A DNA stretch of 64,000 nt from Octopus vulgaris (Eukaryota): positions 13,578,001 through 13,642,000 of the forward strand of contig OX597817.1 of the NCBI GenBank assembly GCA_951406725.2, given 5' to 3'. Under the pieces are notes generated by a model. It had not been told where the DNA came from and made no database searches. It was given only the letters and a program-made list of their open reading frames with translations. Shown piece by piece: positions 1 to 12,431 of this stretch (position 1 is the stretch's first letter; each line of letters starts with the position of its first letter). A program made the translations under genes and the position numbers.

Positions 1-890
1 GCTGCTAAATGTCATAACCCATTGGAGCATCTCTGAATATGTTTGTGTTGTGCTTCAAGTAAAGATACACTTGAATGGCTTCATTTGTTGGCTTTCTCCT
101 GATTCATGGAATAATTTGAACTCAGGTTTTGTTAATTGCACCTCATAGCTTTAAATGGCAAACTGTCCTCTCCAAGGTGGCAAGCTTGCAGAAACATTAG
201 CACGCCGGGCGAAATGCTTAGTGATATTTCGTCTGCTGCTACGTTAGATCATCGGAAAAATTGCTTTGCAATATTTTTGTTCCAGTTGGAATATTTTGTT
301 CTGGCTGCAATATTTGTTCTGGTTGCAGGGCGGCAAGCTGGCAGAAACATTAGCACACCGGGCGAAATGCGTAGCCATATTTCGTCTGCCGTTACGTTCT
401 GAGTTCAAATTTCGCTGAGGTCGACTTTGCCTTTCATCTTTTCGGGGTCAATTAAATAAGTACCAGTTATGCACTGGGGTCGATGTAATCGACTTAATCC
501 CTTTGTCTGTCCTTGTTTGTCCCCTCTGTGTGTAGCCCCTTGTGGGTAGTAAAGAAATAGGTATTTCATCTGCCATTACGTTCTTAGTTCAAATTCCGCC
601 GAGGTCAACTTTGCCTTTCATCCTTTCGGGGTCAATTAAATAAGTACCAGTTATGCACTGGGGTTGATATAATCGACTTAATCCCTTTGTCTGTCCTTGT
701 TTGTCCCCTCTGTGTGTAGCCCCTTGTGGGCAGTAAAGAAATAAGGTACCTATTTACAGCTCTTTGGTTAAGAAATTTAACTAGACAGTTCAACTGTGAG
801 TAATAGCACCTACATTTTACGTGACTAAGAGGATGATTAAACTATTGAAATCTGCTAACTTTATAAAATGTATAACAGTAAAGAAAACCT

Positions 891-1275
891 AGGTGCAGGT
901 GTGGTTGTGTGGTAAGAAGCTTGCTTCACAACCACAAGGTTCTGGGTTCATTCCCACTGTGTGGCACCTTGGGCAAGTGTCTTCTACTGTAGTCTTGGGC
1001 TGACCACAGCTTTGTGAGTGGATTTGGTGGACGGAAACTGAAAGAAGCCCATTGTATATATACCACTGATGCATGTGTGTCTGTTCGTCCCCCACCACTA
1101 CTTGACAACCAGTGTTAGTGTGTTTACATCCCGATAACCTAGCGGTTTGGCAACAGAGATCAATAGAATAAGTACCAAGCTTAAATAAAAAGTACTGGGT
1201 TCAATTATTTTGACTAAAAATTCTTCAAAGGCATTGCCCCAGCATGACCACAGTCAAATGACTGAAACAAGTATT
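891..1275 (+). mobile_element. SINE family A, diverged
   Basis: homology to family consensus. Confidence 0.75.
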
Positions 1276-1895
1276 AAAAAAGAGAAGAGGAATGTCTCCA
1301 AATATTTATGAAGCCCGAGAGAGTTGGCACTTAGTCCTGATTTTATGCTGTCTAATGGATGTGAGATATGTGTACTCTTGGACTTCATGTGTGTTTCTCA
1401 TAGATAACATCCCCAGATGATTTCGTGTCTCTTCCCAATGTTTATATGAACTGAGGCAATGTCAGATAACATGCTGGTCTTAAAAATCACTGCCTTGTTC
1501 GTTTGTACTACTTCATCGTGTTTTGTCTCTTCATTGTGAGGAGATAATGGTTCCTACCTTTTCTTCTTTACTTGCTGAGTCTGGAGCAGTGAATAATGTC
1601 CCTGGCCTTTTTAGACCCTCTGAGACCAGTGAGGTTGATGCCATTGATGTTCCATCGAAACTGTTGCAGATGAACAGCTGCAGGGAATTCATGAGGAGGG
1701 AGGAGATTTCAGGAAACTAATATTCTGGCGAGGAAGGACTGACCATAACATTTAGTGTGAGGGTTAGATGTATCAATAGTGACATGAGGTGGAGGTACAA
1801 TTAGAGCCAGCTCCAAAGAAAAGAAGCTATAATAGAAGTGATAGAGGCGATAGCATACCTATGGGCCAGAGGCTGGAGTATATCTGTTAGTTAGA

Positions 1896-2127
1896 AGGCG
1901 GTGAGCTGGCAGAAACGTTAGCACGCCGGGCGAAATGCGTAGCCGTACTTCGTCCGCCGTTACGTTCTGAGTTCAAATTCCGCCGAGGTCGACTTTGCCT
2001 TTCATCCTTTCAGGGTCGATAAATAAAGTACCAGTTACGCAATGGGGTCGATGTAATCGACTTAATCCCTTTGTCTGTCCTTGTTTGTCCTCTCTGTGTT
2101 TAGCCCCTTGTGGGCAGTAAAGAAATG
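1896..2127 (+). mobile_element. tRNA-derived SINE family B (~230 bp; copies at ~175-745, 7093-7320, 35122-35352, 36425-36653, 37508-37858, 42026-42258, 63097-63310)
   Basis: GGCGGTGAGCTGGCAGAAACGTTAGC...GAGTTCAAATTCCGCC head; 15-bp TSD GTATATCTGTTAGTT. Confidence 0.85.
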
Positions 2128-2307
2128 TATATCTGTTAGTTTGTTGTAGAAACAAGAGAGAGAGATTGCCAGTGGGTTAGAGACTGGAGTGCATCTGTTA
2201 AAAAAAAATACAGTTTTCTGATATTACTATCAGAAAAACTATACAACACAATTTCTGCTACAGAGCTCATATTTATGACTTACATTGTATTTGGAATAAG
2301 GAATAAC

Positions 2308-2714
2308 TCTTTTACTCTTTTACTTGTTTCAGTCATTTGACTGCGGCCATGCTGGAGCACCGCCTTTAGTCGAGCAAATCGACCCCAGGACTTATTCTTT
2401 GTAAGCCCAGTACTTATTCTATTGGTCTCTTTTGCCGAACCGCTAAGTGATGGGGACGTAAACACAACAGCATCGGTTGTCAAGCAATGCTAGGGGGACA
2501 AACACAGACACACAAACACATACACGCACACATATATATATATATATATATATACAACAGGCTTCTTTCAGTTTCCGTCTACCAAATCCACTCACAAGGC
2601 ATTGGTCGGCCCGGGGCTATAGCAGAAGACACTTGCCCAAGCTGCCACGCAGTGGGACTGAACCCGGAACCATGTGGTTGGTTAGCAAGCTACTTACCAC
2701 ACAGCCACTCCTGC
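2308..2714 (-). mobile_element. tRNA-derived SINE family A (~410 bp, internal (TA)n(TG)n, GAGTAAAA tail)
   Basis: A/B-box head GGCGCAGGAGTGGCTGTGTGGTAAG...GGTTCAGTCCC; many near-identical copies. Confidence 0.85.
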
Positions 2715-3655
2715 TTTTACAGTTAGATTTTATTTTTTCACTGTGCTATTGTTTGTCTTGCATGACCCTGCCAGTGCTGGTGCCGCTTAGAAAGCATCCA
2801 GTCCAATGCCATTTAAAAAGCTTCCAGTCCACACTGTAGAGTGGTTGGTGTTTGGAAGGACATCCAACCGTGAAAATCATGCCAAAACTGACCTTGCCTG
2901 TGCTTGTGCCACGTAAAAAGCTCTCAGTCCACCCTGCTGGGTGGTTAGTGTTAGGAAGGGCAACCAGCTGTAAAAACCTGGCAAAAACAGACACAGAAGT
3001 CTGGTGCAGGCTCCTGTCTGGCCAGCCCCTTGTCAAACAGTGCAACCCATGCCAACATAGAAGGCAGACGTTAGATTATGATGATATCATCATTGTTTAA
3101 TGTCCGTTTTCTGCGCTAGCACGGGTTGAACAGTTCGACCGGGGTCTGAGAAACCAGGGGCTGCACCAGGCTCGTCTGATCTGGCAGTGTTTCTACAGCT
3201 TGATGCCCTTCGTAACGCCAACCACTCTGCGAGTGTAGTGGGTGCTTTTTACGTGCCACCTGCACAGGTGCCAGGGGGGTCCGGCATCGGCCACGATCGG
3301 TTGGTGCTTTTAACGTGCCACCGGCACGGAAGCCAGCCAAGGCGGCGCTGGCATTATAATAACTGCAATGTGACATTCTGATCAATACCTTTGAAAACAT
3401 TTTGCAGGCAGAAATAGCCGAGCATTAGACTAAGTACCTTACGCCAGTATTTGACTGTATACTTTTACAGACTAAGTTCAGATGTTGAATCAACTTTGCT
3501 TTTATACCTTCAGGGTTGATAAGATAAGTACTAAACGTGCACTTGAGTAGATTCAGATGATGAGATCCCTCAAATACAAATTAATGACCTTGTGTCAACG
3601 TAAGAAATCAAAATTATTATTATTATTATTATTTTTTCTCCTTTTTTACTTTCAG

Positions 3656-3771
3656 TTGTGGGATTTAAAAGCAGGTAAATTATTAGCAGATTTGAAAGGA
3701 CATAAATCTGGTGTCAACGTAGTTGACTTTCATCCTGGTGAACTATTATTGGCCTCAGGCAGTTCTGATAG
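3656..3771 (+). CDS. KATNB1: Katanin p80 WD40 subunit B1, first exon visible in window ([39 protein letters not shown])
   Basis: ttcag/gtaag splice sites; WD40 repeat resembling vertebrate KATNB1 [39 protein letters not shown]; upstream exons lie outside the window. Confidence 0.95.
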
Positions 3772-4138
3772 GTAAGCCCTTAAATTCTTTGTTTAGACTT
3801 GCAGTTTTTTCACTGTCAGAATTTTACTATAATTTTAAAATCCTGTTTCAATTTTTTCTTCTCTTCAGAGATGACAAATCTTAGTTTATTGGTGTATTAC
3901 TCTTTTTTACCTTTAATTAATTTTAAGGTCTGTGCATACTTTTGTATTAAATAAATTTGTATATATTAGAAATATTGCTGGGATAATTTGTACCATAACT
4001 TAATAAATTACTTGTTAAAATTTAATACCATTTTACAAAAAGAAAGTAAAAATAATAAAAATGTCCCTTGTATCTTTAATTAAAATAAGATTTAATTGCG
4101 TAGATGATGTAATTCATTCATGTATATTTTTCTTCCAG

Positions 4139-4210
4139 GACTGTTAAATTTTGGGATTTAGAAAATTTTCACTTAGTTAGCTCTACTCCAGAAATATCAC
4201 ATGGTGTTGA
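4139..4210 (+). CDS. KATNB1: KATNB1 exon (TVKFWDLENFHLVSSTPEISHGV)
   Basis: ccag/gtaag; phase compatible with flanking exons; WD motif FWDLE. Confidence 0.93.
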
Positions 4211-5246
4211 GTAAGTTTATCTTTGATTTAATTTTAAGAATTCTATTTCAAAGCTTGCATTATTTCATCTTCATTTTTCATATTTCTTTATTCAGTGTTG
4301 ACACAAGTTTGATAGGTGTGCTTTCAATAACTCTTGATACTTATTTTGAATCCTTAGACAAGATTATCTGTTTAAGTTTGTGACATTGGTGCAAATAAAT
4401 ATTGGTATTGCTTAAGAATAAATATTGGTATTGCTTATTGAGTCAAGTGAAATCGCAGGTGTGGCAGATACTAGTGTCACACAAATGGCACCTGTGCTGG
4501 TGGCACATAAAAGCACTCATTACACTCTCGGAGTGGTTGGCATTAGGAAGGGCATCCAGACATAGAAACCATGCCAAATCAGACTGGAGTCTGGTGCAGC
4601 CTTCCAGCTTGCCAGCATGGACAACAGACATTAAATGATGATGGCGTTAGGAAGGGCATCCAGCTGTAGAAACACTGCCAGATCAGACTGGAGTCTGGTG
4701 CAGCCTTCCTGGCTTCCCAGACCCCAGTTGAACCATCCAACCCATGCTAGCATGGAAAGCAGACGTTAAACGATGATGATGATGATTATTCACACTATAT
4801 GTTAACCAACTTCTCAATTTCTATGTTTACCTTGAACTCATTGCTACCTATCTTTAGTCAGGTCAGATCATATCTGAAGCCTGTCTACATTCCGTTTGTG
4901 GTGGGGCTTGCCTTGATGACCTTTTTTTAATTTCATGCATTAATGAATAAGAACCTCATTGGATGATGAGCACAAAGAAAATCCAACAGGATAATCAAAT
5001 GCTTATTGCAGGCATAGGTGGATAATAAGGAATCTTGGCTCATTTATCTGCAGCCTTTTTATTTATACCTCTCCTGTATATTTTGCTACCAAACTTTTCT
5101 GCATATTAGAAACGATCATTTACCTGGTGCTTGTCATTTTTTATTTACTAATTATTAATACTAGAACCTAATGTTATCCATATTCATCCTGATTCATCAT
5201 CATCATCATCTTGGTTGAAGTCTCCTCTTCCAGGCTTTGAACTTCT

Positions 5247-5490
5247 CAAAACGACGATTTCATCTCAATCGAAGGAGAGGAGCTTTCTCCGTCCGGGTTG
5301 CGGATCCGTGGAACAAGCTGTCAGACGAGATGGTGAAGATGCCAACGACCGCTTTGTTCAAAGTCTCCCTTGACCTCAAGTGGCCTGAACTCTTTACATG
5401 AACACCACCCTGTACATAACTCCATGTCCCCCTACATGGCGTTGCTCTTTGCTTTTTGAGCCAAAAAATTAACTTAACTAACTAACTAAC
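5247..5490 (+). mobile_element. 5'-truncated CR1/L2-group LINE 3' end
   Basis: RRGAFSVRVADPWNKLSDEMVKMPTTALFKVSLD RT C-terminus; (TAAC)n tail; TSD AACTTCT. Confidence 0.8.
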
Positions 5491-5915
5491 AACTTCTTGA
5501 GGGATTTTGCAATTAGAGCACTGCCATTAATTTATAGTAAAGACCTACGGGCACTCCAGAGCAAAGAACAAAGTTGAGAATAGTTTTATTATCATTCATC
5601 TCTTGAAATGTTGGGGAGGCTTCATTCGTACTCTATTATGATACATAAAAAGCATTTTAGTTTTAGAAAGACTTTTCTGTTTGTTTAACTGTTTTGTATC
5701 AGTTTCCATTTCACCTCTAACAATCCAACCACTCGTTCATAGCTATCACAGCTATTGAACTTCATTTTAATTTTACATACAAAATTTAAAGGACTGACCA
5801 CTAAAAGTGGACGGTCAACATGCTAGATATAGACATCAAATCACTATTTTCCACAAAGAATAGGTTCTTGTATTTATTGGTCTAATAATGTCTGTTTCAT
5901 TTGCTTTTTTTTTAG

Positions 5916-6066
5916 CAACATACTCTTCCATCCATCTGGGTCCTGTTTATTTGCTACCAGTGCAAACATGCTACGTGTGTACGGATGGGAGCCATATCAA
6001 TGTTTTGATGAAATTCGAACTAATTGGGGCAACGCAGCATCTATTTGCTTCACAAACACCCAGTTA
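5916..6066 (+). CDS. KATNB1: KATNB1 exon (NILFHPSGSCLFATSANMLRVYGWEPYQCFDEIRTNWGNAASICFTNTQL)
   Basis: tttag/gtaag; conserved LRVYGWEP..CFD motif. Confidence 0.95.
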
Positions 6067-6188
6067 GTAAGTGATTGGTTTTATGCTATTTTTTATACAA
6101 TTGTCTTTTTATCTTTTTAATCTTTCTGAGAATTGTTGTAAAAATACCTAACTGTTGTTATTTATTTGGAGAAAAAAAAACTGTGTAT

Positions 6189-6351
6189 AGGCGCAGGAGT
6201 GGCTGTGTGGTAAGTAGCTTGCTAACCAACCACATGGTTCCGGGTTCAGTCCCACTGCGTGGCACCTTGGGCAAGTGTCTTCTGCTATAGCCCCGGGCTG
6301 ACCAAAGCCTTGTGAGTGGATTTGGTAGACAGAAACTGAAAGAAGCCTGTC

Positions 6352-6403
<52 letters not shown>

Positions 6404-6590
6404 TCCCCTAGCATTGCTTGACAACCGATGCTGGTGTGTTTACGTCCCCGTCACTTAGCAGTTCGACAAAAGAGACCGATAGAATAAGTACTGGGTTAAC
6501 AAAAAGAATAAGTCCCGGGGTCGATTTGCTCGACTAAAGGCGGTGCTCCAGCATGGCAGCAGTCAAATGACTGAAACAAGTAAAAGAGAG
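6189..6590 (+). mobile_element. SINE family A
   Basis: full-length copy. Confidence 0.85.
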
Positions 6591-7536
6591 TGTATGTGTA
6601 TGAGAAAAATGCTCAGTGACAGCTGAGTAAAGAATTAAATTTAGATATTTTAGCTTAATTCTGTGTCACCTCTGATTAAGCAAACCTTTGATTACAGATG
6701 ACCCACTCATGACCATCCTGTCTTACTTTCAGACTTTGTTATCCAATGTGTCCTTTTTCTCAGAAAAACAAAAGAATAAGAGAAGAAGTGGGTTTGGTTG
6801 CTATCTCTGGTTGGTTAAGCAACCCTGTAAAGGTTCATTTATTGGTTCCTAATTATATTTCAGAATTTATTTAGATTAAATAGAGAATTGGTGATGTAAA
6901 CTGTACCATTAACCTGTATTTCATCAAATTAATTTAAATAATAAGACCCTGGAAGTGAAATATTTTAATAAATGCAATTTGTTTAGGATCACTTTTTGTT
7001 TCTATCTCTTCGTACACGTACCTACACTTATATGTATATGTGCATGAGAGAGAGAGGTGGGTGGGATTGAATTTATGTATGAGAATTTTACTCGGCGAGC
7101 TGGCAGAAACGTTAGCATGCTGGGCGAAATGCTTCGCGGTATTTCGTCTGCCGCTACGTTCTGAGTTCAAATTCCGCCGAGGTCTACTTTGCCTATCATC
7201 CTTTCGGGGTCGATTAAATAAGTACCAGTTACGTACTGGGGTCGATGTAATCGACTTAATCTGTTTGTCTGTCATTGTTGTCCTCTCTGTGTTTAGCCCC
7301 TTGTGGGTAGTAAAGAAATATGTATAATTCTACATTGAAGCTATAAAGATTTTGAGTTAAACTTTTTGTGCATTCAAAGTTTTTATAAATTAATCTACAT
7401 GTATTTTTCTTATTCATTAAAAAATCTCAGATATCTGCGTTGTATTTTCCATAAATGACTTCTATTTAACACGAAGCTTTAACACTTAAACCACATTTAA
7501 GCATATTTAACAAAATAATGTTTTGTTTTTTTTCAG

Positions 7537-7590
7537 CTTGCTGCATCTTATATGGAAACGTTTGTTTTTCCTTATCTTGTTTTTCTTCAG
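7537..7590 (+). CDS. KATNB1: KATNB1 exon (LAASYMETFVFPYLVFLQ)
   Basis: tttcag/gtaaat; phase 0-0; aligns loosely to the end of the last WD blade. Confidence 0.8.
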
Positions 7591-7767
7591 GTAAATTACT
7601 TTTTAATTTATTGTGCAAATAATTTCATTAAAGCAAAATATTAAATGAATACTTTTTAATACAAAAACAAGGATTTTTCAAAACTCAATGTTTAAGTTAC
7701 TACTTTGAAGGAACTATTTTGAAGATGAAATATATGTTGAATAAAGGGAGACTATTTGTTGTATAGA

Positions 7768-8018
7768 ATAAACTGCCGGCATCAGTTGTTAGTTGTCGGA
7801 GCACTGCATCCTTCAAAACTTCCATGCTTTCTGAGATTCGCCAACACTACACCTGATTTTCTCCCCTCCATACACACACAAGCATGTATCTGACTCATGC
7901 ATTGTTCGCTTTCCAGACATTTGTACATTACTGCATACACTTTATACGCACTTTCTGACAAGTTGTGGTGCACCTGAACACTGTATACAATAATTTCATT
8001 ATCATTATTATTATTATT
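7768..8018 (+). mobile_element. LINE 3' end (copies at ~14886-15170 on - strand, ~50996-51232, diverged ~21190-21410)
   Basis: WNKLPASVVSCRSTASFK RT C-terminus; (ATT)n tail. Confidence 0.75.
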
Positions 8019-8770
8019 TAAAACTATTTTAAAGATGGAAGTTATATGTCGAATAAAGGGAGACTATTTGTTGTCTACTCAATGCAAATGCTACTTGCAT
8101 AATTTTAAACAGCAATTAATATTAGTTATGTGTAAGGGTGGGGAGTTGGTCGAAAAGTTGATATCTGGCACAAATGTTTTATACATTTGTAAGTTTTGGG
8201 TTCAAATCCTCTGAGATCAACTTTTACGAAGGACTCTAGCTTCAATAAAACAAATAACATAAACCAAATTCAAGTAATTCTATCGCCTTCACTTACAAAC
8301 TTTGGCCTGGTACATTATTCCTAACAGTGAATTCTTTTATTAGAGTAGATAGAACATTTAATTATGTAACTACGTCTTAGCATTTCAGTACTGGGTACTT
8401 TATTGTCATGACACATGGTACCAGTGAGGTTGCCAAGTAACTTGCAAGACGGTAAAGAATGGAAAGGGAAAAGCCTCTTTAACTAAGTAGGAATATATTT
8501 GAGAGAGAGGAAGGTGACTTTATGCCAGATGTTGAAGGCTAAAGTATGATAGAAGGACAAGCACAGGTGTCTTGCTATAGAGGAGATACCTGGCTGTCCC
8601 ACAGTGTGAGGGTGGGTAGGAGTAGATAGGAAAATAAAGAGGGTGGTGACTGAGTGCCAAATCATGTTTAATTTTTTTTTCTTTTACATGATGAATAATT
8701 ATTAGTTAAATCAAATATGTAAAATATTGTTCATAAAATTCTATATTGAATTCCTTTTTTTTTTTTCCAG

Positions 8771-8826
8771 AGAGTTAAACCAATTATGGATACCTGTTAT
8801 GGTAATGATCCAAAGAGTATTTCCAG
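8771..8826 (+). CDS. KATNB1: KATNB1 exon (RVKPIMDTCYGNDPKSIS)
   Basis: long pyrimidine tract + ccag / gtgaat; frame-compatible. Confidence 0.8.
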
Positions 8827-8940
8827 GTGAATCTGCTATTATCTAATATCCATGGAAATTGTAATTGCCATTACTGATTTCAGTTAATTATCATATCTCA
8901 TGATATCAACTTATGGAAAACTGTAGGCAAGACTGTTTAA

Positions 8941-9159
8941 CCCTTTAGTGTTCAGATTATTCTATCAAACATAATGCTTATTGATTCCCATTGATTTGAA
9001 TTAATCATGAATTATCTCATATCTTCAAGATCTTGATGGTGTAATTACTTAATGTAGAATAACATTGTAGGGTAGGTGTGAGAGCCTGGATCTGGTCAGT
9101 TTGAACATAAAACAGATTAGCTATTTTGGCCGGATATGGCCGGTTTAAATACTAAAGGG
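8941..9159. mobile_element. piggyBac-type MITE (other copies ~21973-22174, 22179-22387, ~24825-25450 interrupted, 32886-33107)
   Basis: TTAA|CCCTTTAG...CTAAAGGG|TTAA. Confidence 0.8.
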
Positions 9160-9286
9160 TTAAAGTTCAAATGTCATGCACTGTGTTGTCTCCTTGAATT
9201 TCAGCTTCTTGATTTTGAAATTAGAGGGAAAAAAACCAAAACAAAATGTCACTTTTTCCAAGTCATAATGTGATAGTGAATATTTA

Positions 9287-9859
9287 CCGTAAATCCTCGA
9301 GTATAGTCCGCCCTTGAGTATAATACGCAGGGGATTTTTAGGGGGCTGTACCTCTGAAAAACTTAAACCTTGTGTATAATACATACCCCTTCTCTAACTT
9401 GAGTCAAGGAGGTCTATATAATGTCCTTGGTTTGTAAAAATGTATACGGTAATGTCCTTTATTATTATTGTATGTTTTTTATAAATGGCGGTGCCCCAGC
9501 ATGGCCACAGCTAGTGAGCTGAAACTAGATAAATAAATAAATAATGCAAACGTGTAGCCTTTTTGTGCATTTTGTTTGCAGAAAATAAAGAAATGACAGT
9601 AATAACGTTTAATAAATATTGCTTACTGCAAGTTATGGATGATTCTTTTATGACTTCATTGCTTTCAGGCTTAGCTTAAGGTATTTTCGCACCCAACATC
9701 ACAAAATGCGTCTGAATAAACATTGCCAGACAGCAAATAGAGACTCAGACATTGCTTAGAAAATAATTTTCATTTTTAACCTCGTATATAGTAGGCACTA
9801 GGGATTTTGACCTTTAAATTTTTTGGGAAAAAATGCAGATTATACTCGAGGATTTATGG
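9287..9859. mobile_element. Tc1/mariner-superfamily (Tc2/pogo-like) MITE
   Basis: TA|CCGTAAATCCTCGAGTATA...TATACTCGAGGATTTATGG|TA. Confidence 0.75.
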
Positions 9860-10033
9860 TAAATATTTAGTCATATCTAACTCATAGAAAAATAGATTTT
9901 GAGTTAGTGTTTAAAAAGATTTACAAAAACGAAGTTAAAAATTGCATTAAAATCTTGTTTGATTGGAAATATTTAAATGTTGATGTTGTTGAAGATGAGG
10001 ATGATAAAACTGTCATTTTTTTATTTATTCTAG

Positions 10034-10233
10034 TCCTGCCTTAGATAGGAAAAAACCTTTCAGTCATGGCACCCCAGATACTGCAGCTGTAATGCCACAC
10101 AGAAGAGAAAGTAACTCTTCAGCCTTTGAGTTGGAACACAGGAATATTGACCATAATCACCAAGCTGCAAACTTGCCCAGAACCCACTTCCAAAACAATC
10201 TTGGAGAAATATCTGACCAAAAATGCAACAATA
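10034..10233 (+). CDS. KATNB1: KATNB1 exon, low-conservation linker (PALDRKKPFSHG...QKCNN)
   Basis: tag/gtaagt; 200-nt open frame, phase 2 to phase 1. Confidence 0.8.
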
Positions 10234-11230
10234 GTAAGTTGAAATGTTAATGATGTTGATATCTTTTGAATAACTTAGTTACCTCAGACAGTGATACATT
10301 TAATTTGACTTTTGTTCATTCTCACTGATGGAAAATAGTTTGATACTCCAGTTTCTAAGTACTAAGTAATTAAGGAGTTAGCAGTAGCTTATATATTAAG
10401 TCATCCCATAAGTTCTATCCAATTTTACCTTTTATAAAATTGAATGAAATTTAATAGTATTTTAGAATGTCTAATGGAATTAAGAATTATTTTTATGCAT
10501 TTGAGTACATTTAAACTAATTAAATGTTATTTTACAGAATAATAGAATTAAAATTGCTCTGTATCATGAATGGTTATGTGGACCACTCCTAATGAAAGCC
10601 ACAGCTTCCTTTGACCACTACATAAAAAGCATTAAGAAAAAATGTTATTTAGATATACTTTTATTTTAGTTGTTTACACTATTTTACACTTGTTTATACT
10701 CTTATACATTCAAAGTTCACAGATTTCCTTATTTAAATTATGAACCATATTCCTTTCGATAATATCAATATGATAACAAAACTTCTTTGTAGACGATATT
10801 TTTCTGTTTGGTTGACACTAATCTTCAAATTACTGGAGTTCATTGCCCTACTCATAGCAACGTATAACAGGCTGTGTGTATACATCGGAATGGGGCCCTG
10901 TGCCTTGTTTGCTGTGAATGTGCAGGTGGAATCTTTAGGGTTGCAAAAAATCGAACTAAGACTTATCTCTCACTGTTCTATGCAAATAATGTCTGGAGTT
11001 TCTGTTACCATGGGTTATTTTGATTGGCAAAACTGAGATGTAAACAACAGCTTTTTTGAATACTACTCAAGACTGATACACTTCAATAACCTCTAAATAA
11101 TCACACTATGTACTGACACATACTTTTTCCATTTTATTTTTGCTATTAACTGTCCTTCTGACCCCCTTTGTATCTACAATGGGGCCACAAACTATACAGT
11201 GAAAACCCAGAGTTACTCGTGGTCGGTGAA

Positions 11231-11591
11231 TCTCTACATAGATAAACGGCAAAATGTCTGTGTGTGTCCTTTATACAAATCCACAATTTTTCAGTTAGAG
11301 GGCTCACACTTTTTATGGTCATTCAAAACTGTCCAAGAGTGGTTGGGCACATCTTTACATTTCCCTAGTCACCCGAAAAAGCCATTAAAAAATCAATAGA
11401 AGTGACTTTTTATGAATTTTATATCCAAAACCCAATCAAAATGCCCGAAACTTGATACGCCAATTGAATGCCAGCTAGCTGTATGCGATTGGTTGGAGAT
11501 TTGGACAGTACTCGCGTGTATGTGCGCATGCACGCAGCTGTATATGCATGCACTAGCACTATGACCTGGCAACGCCGGGTCATAGTGCTAG
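11231..11591 (+). mobile_element. Non-autonomous Helitron
   Basis: A|TC 5' end, 3' GC-rich hairpin GACCTGGC-AAC-GCCGGGTC, CTAG|T end. Confidence 0.8.
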
Positions 11592-12032
11592 TTTTTAATA
11601 AAAATGTGAAAGTGGTTTATCAACTCAAAAGTCGATATCCACGAAATAATCATACTTTCTGATTTTTCTTATGCTAAAAGCTTTCCTGAGGACTGTCTGT
11701 TCCCTCTTCACAGCAAGACCAATGGTTATGATATTTTTGGGGATTACAAAGATAAAGAGACGGACAGATAGATAGACATAATGCCCATTATAGTAAGGTA
11801 GCAAATCTGCCCATCTACAATGGAAAATAAAGGGATAGTATCGCAAATCTAAACCCTCTAAACCCTCACAAACAATATGGGGTGGAGGTGGGTCTTTGTC
11901 GCCAGAATTTCTTTCACATTTTTATCTCTAAAAACCTTCCTGATTACCAGTATTGCATCACTTTGTAAATTATTGAAACTTTGGACTTGTAAGTTGCTTA
12001 TCACTTACTGCTGTTACTTTTTTTATTTTTAG

Positions 12033-12100
12033 TTATTTCGAACAACAGAGAACATCTTAAGCCTCAGAGTAAAATATCCCCGAAATTATTAGGTGGCGGA
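12033..12100 (+). CDS. KATNB1: KATNB1 exon, linker (ISNNREHLKPQSKISPKLLGGG)
   Basis: tttttag/gtaagt; phase 1 to phase 0 restores the frame into the next exon. Confidence 0.75.
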
Positions 12101-12175
12101 GTAAGTTTGATAATACTTTCCTTTCTTTTTCATTCTTTCCTCTTTTTTTTTTTTTTTTTTGATAATACAACTTTT

Positions 12176-12431
12176 AAAAAAATCTTGGGGTGGAAGCTGA
12201 TGTCTTTAAAAATAAAGCTGGACCTCTTCCTGTCAGGTGTCCCAGATGAACCAACCTCACAGCAGGAGATGCAGATGAGGGCAGCTTCATCAAACTCTCT
12301 CATGCACCAAATGTCAATTGCTAAAAAGCATTCACGACGTAAAATCATGTAGCAACACCGAATGGCGGTGCCCCAGCATGGCCACAGCTCGTGAGCTGAA
12401 ACTAGATGAAAATGAAATGAAAATGAAAATG
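12176..12431 (+). mobile_element. LINE 3' end (CR1-Zenon-like C-terminus KLDLFLSGVPDEP...RAASSNSLMHQ) with a tail shared with SINE family A
   Basis: translated motif plus GGCGGTGCCCCAGCATGGCCACAGC...GAAAC tail and (AAATG)n. Confidence 0.65.

Noticed and set aside
2477-2839. Recurrent ORFs MSSNARGTNTDTQ... and MLGGQTQTHKH... suggesting a gene family
   Set aside because: Antisense translations of SINE family A crossing microsatellites; no coding signal
10396-11110. Mariner-like transposon remnant
   Set aside because: TIR-like start only; too degenerate to set boundaries with confidence
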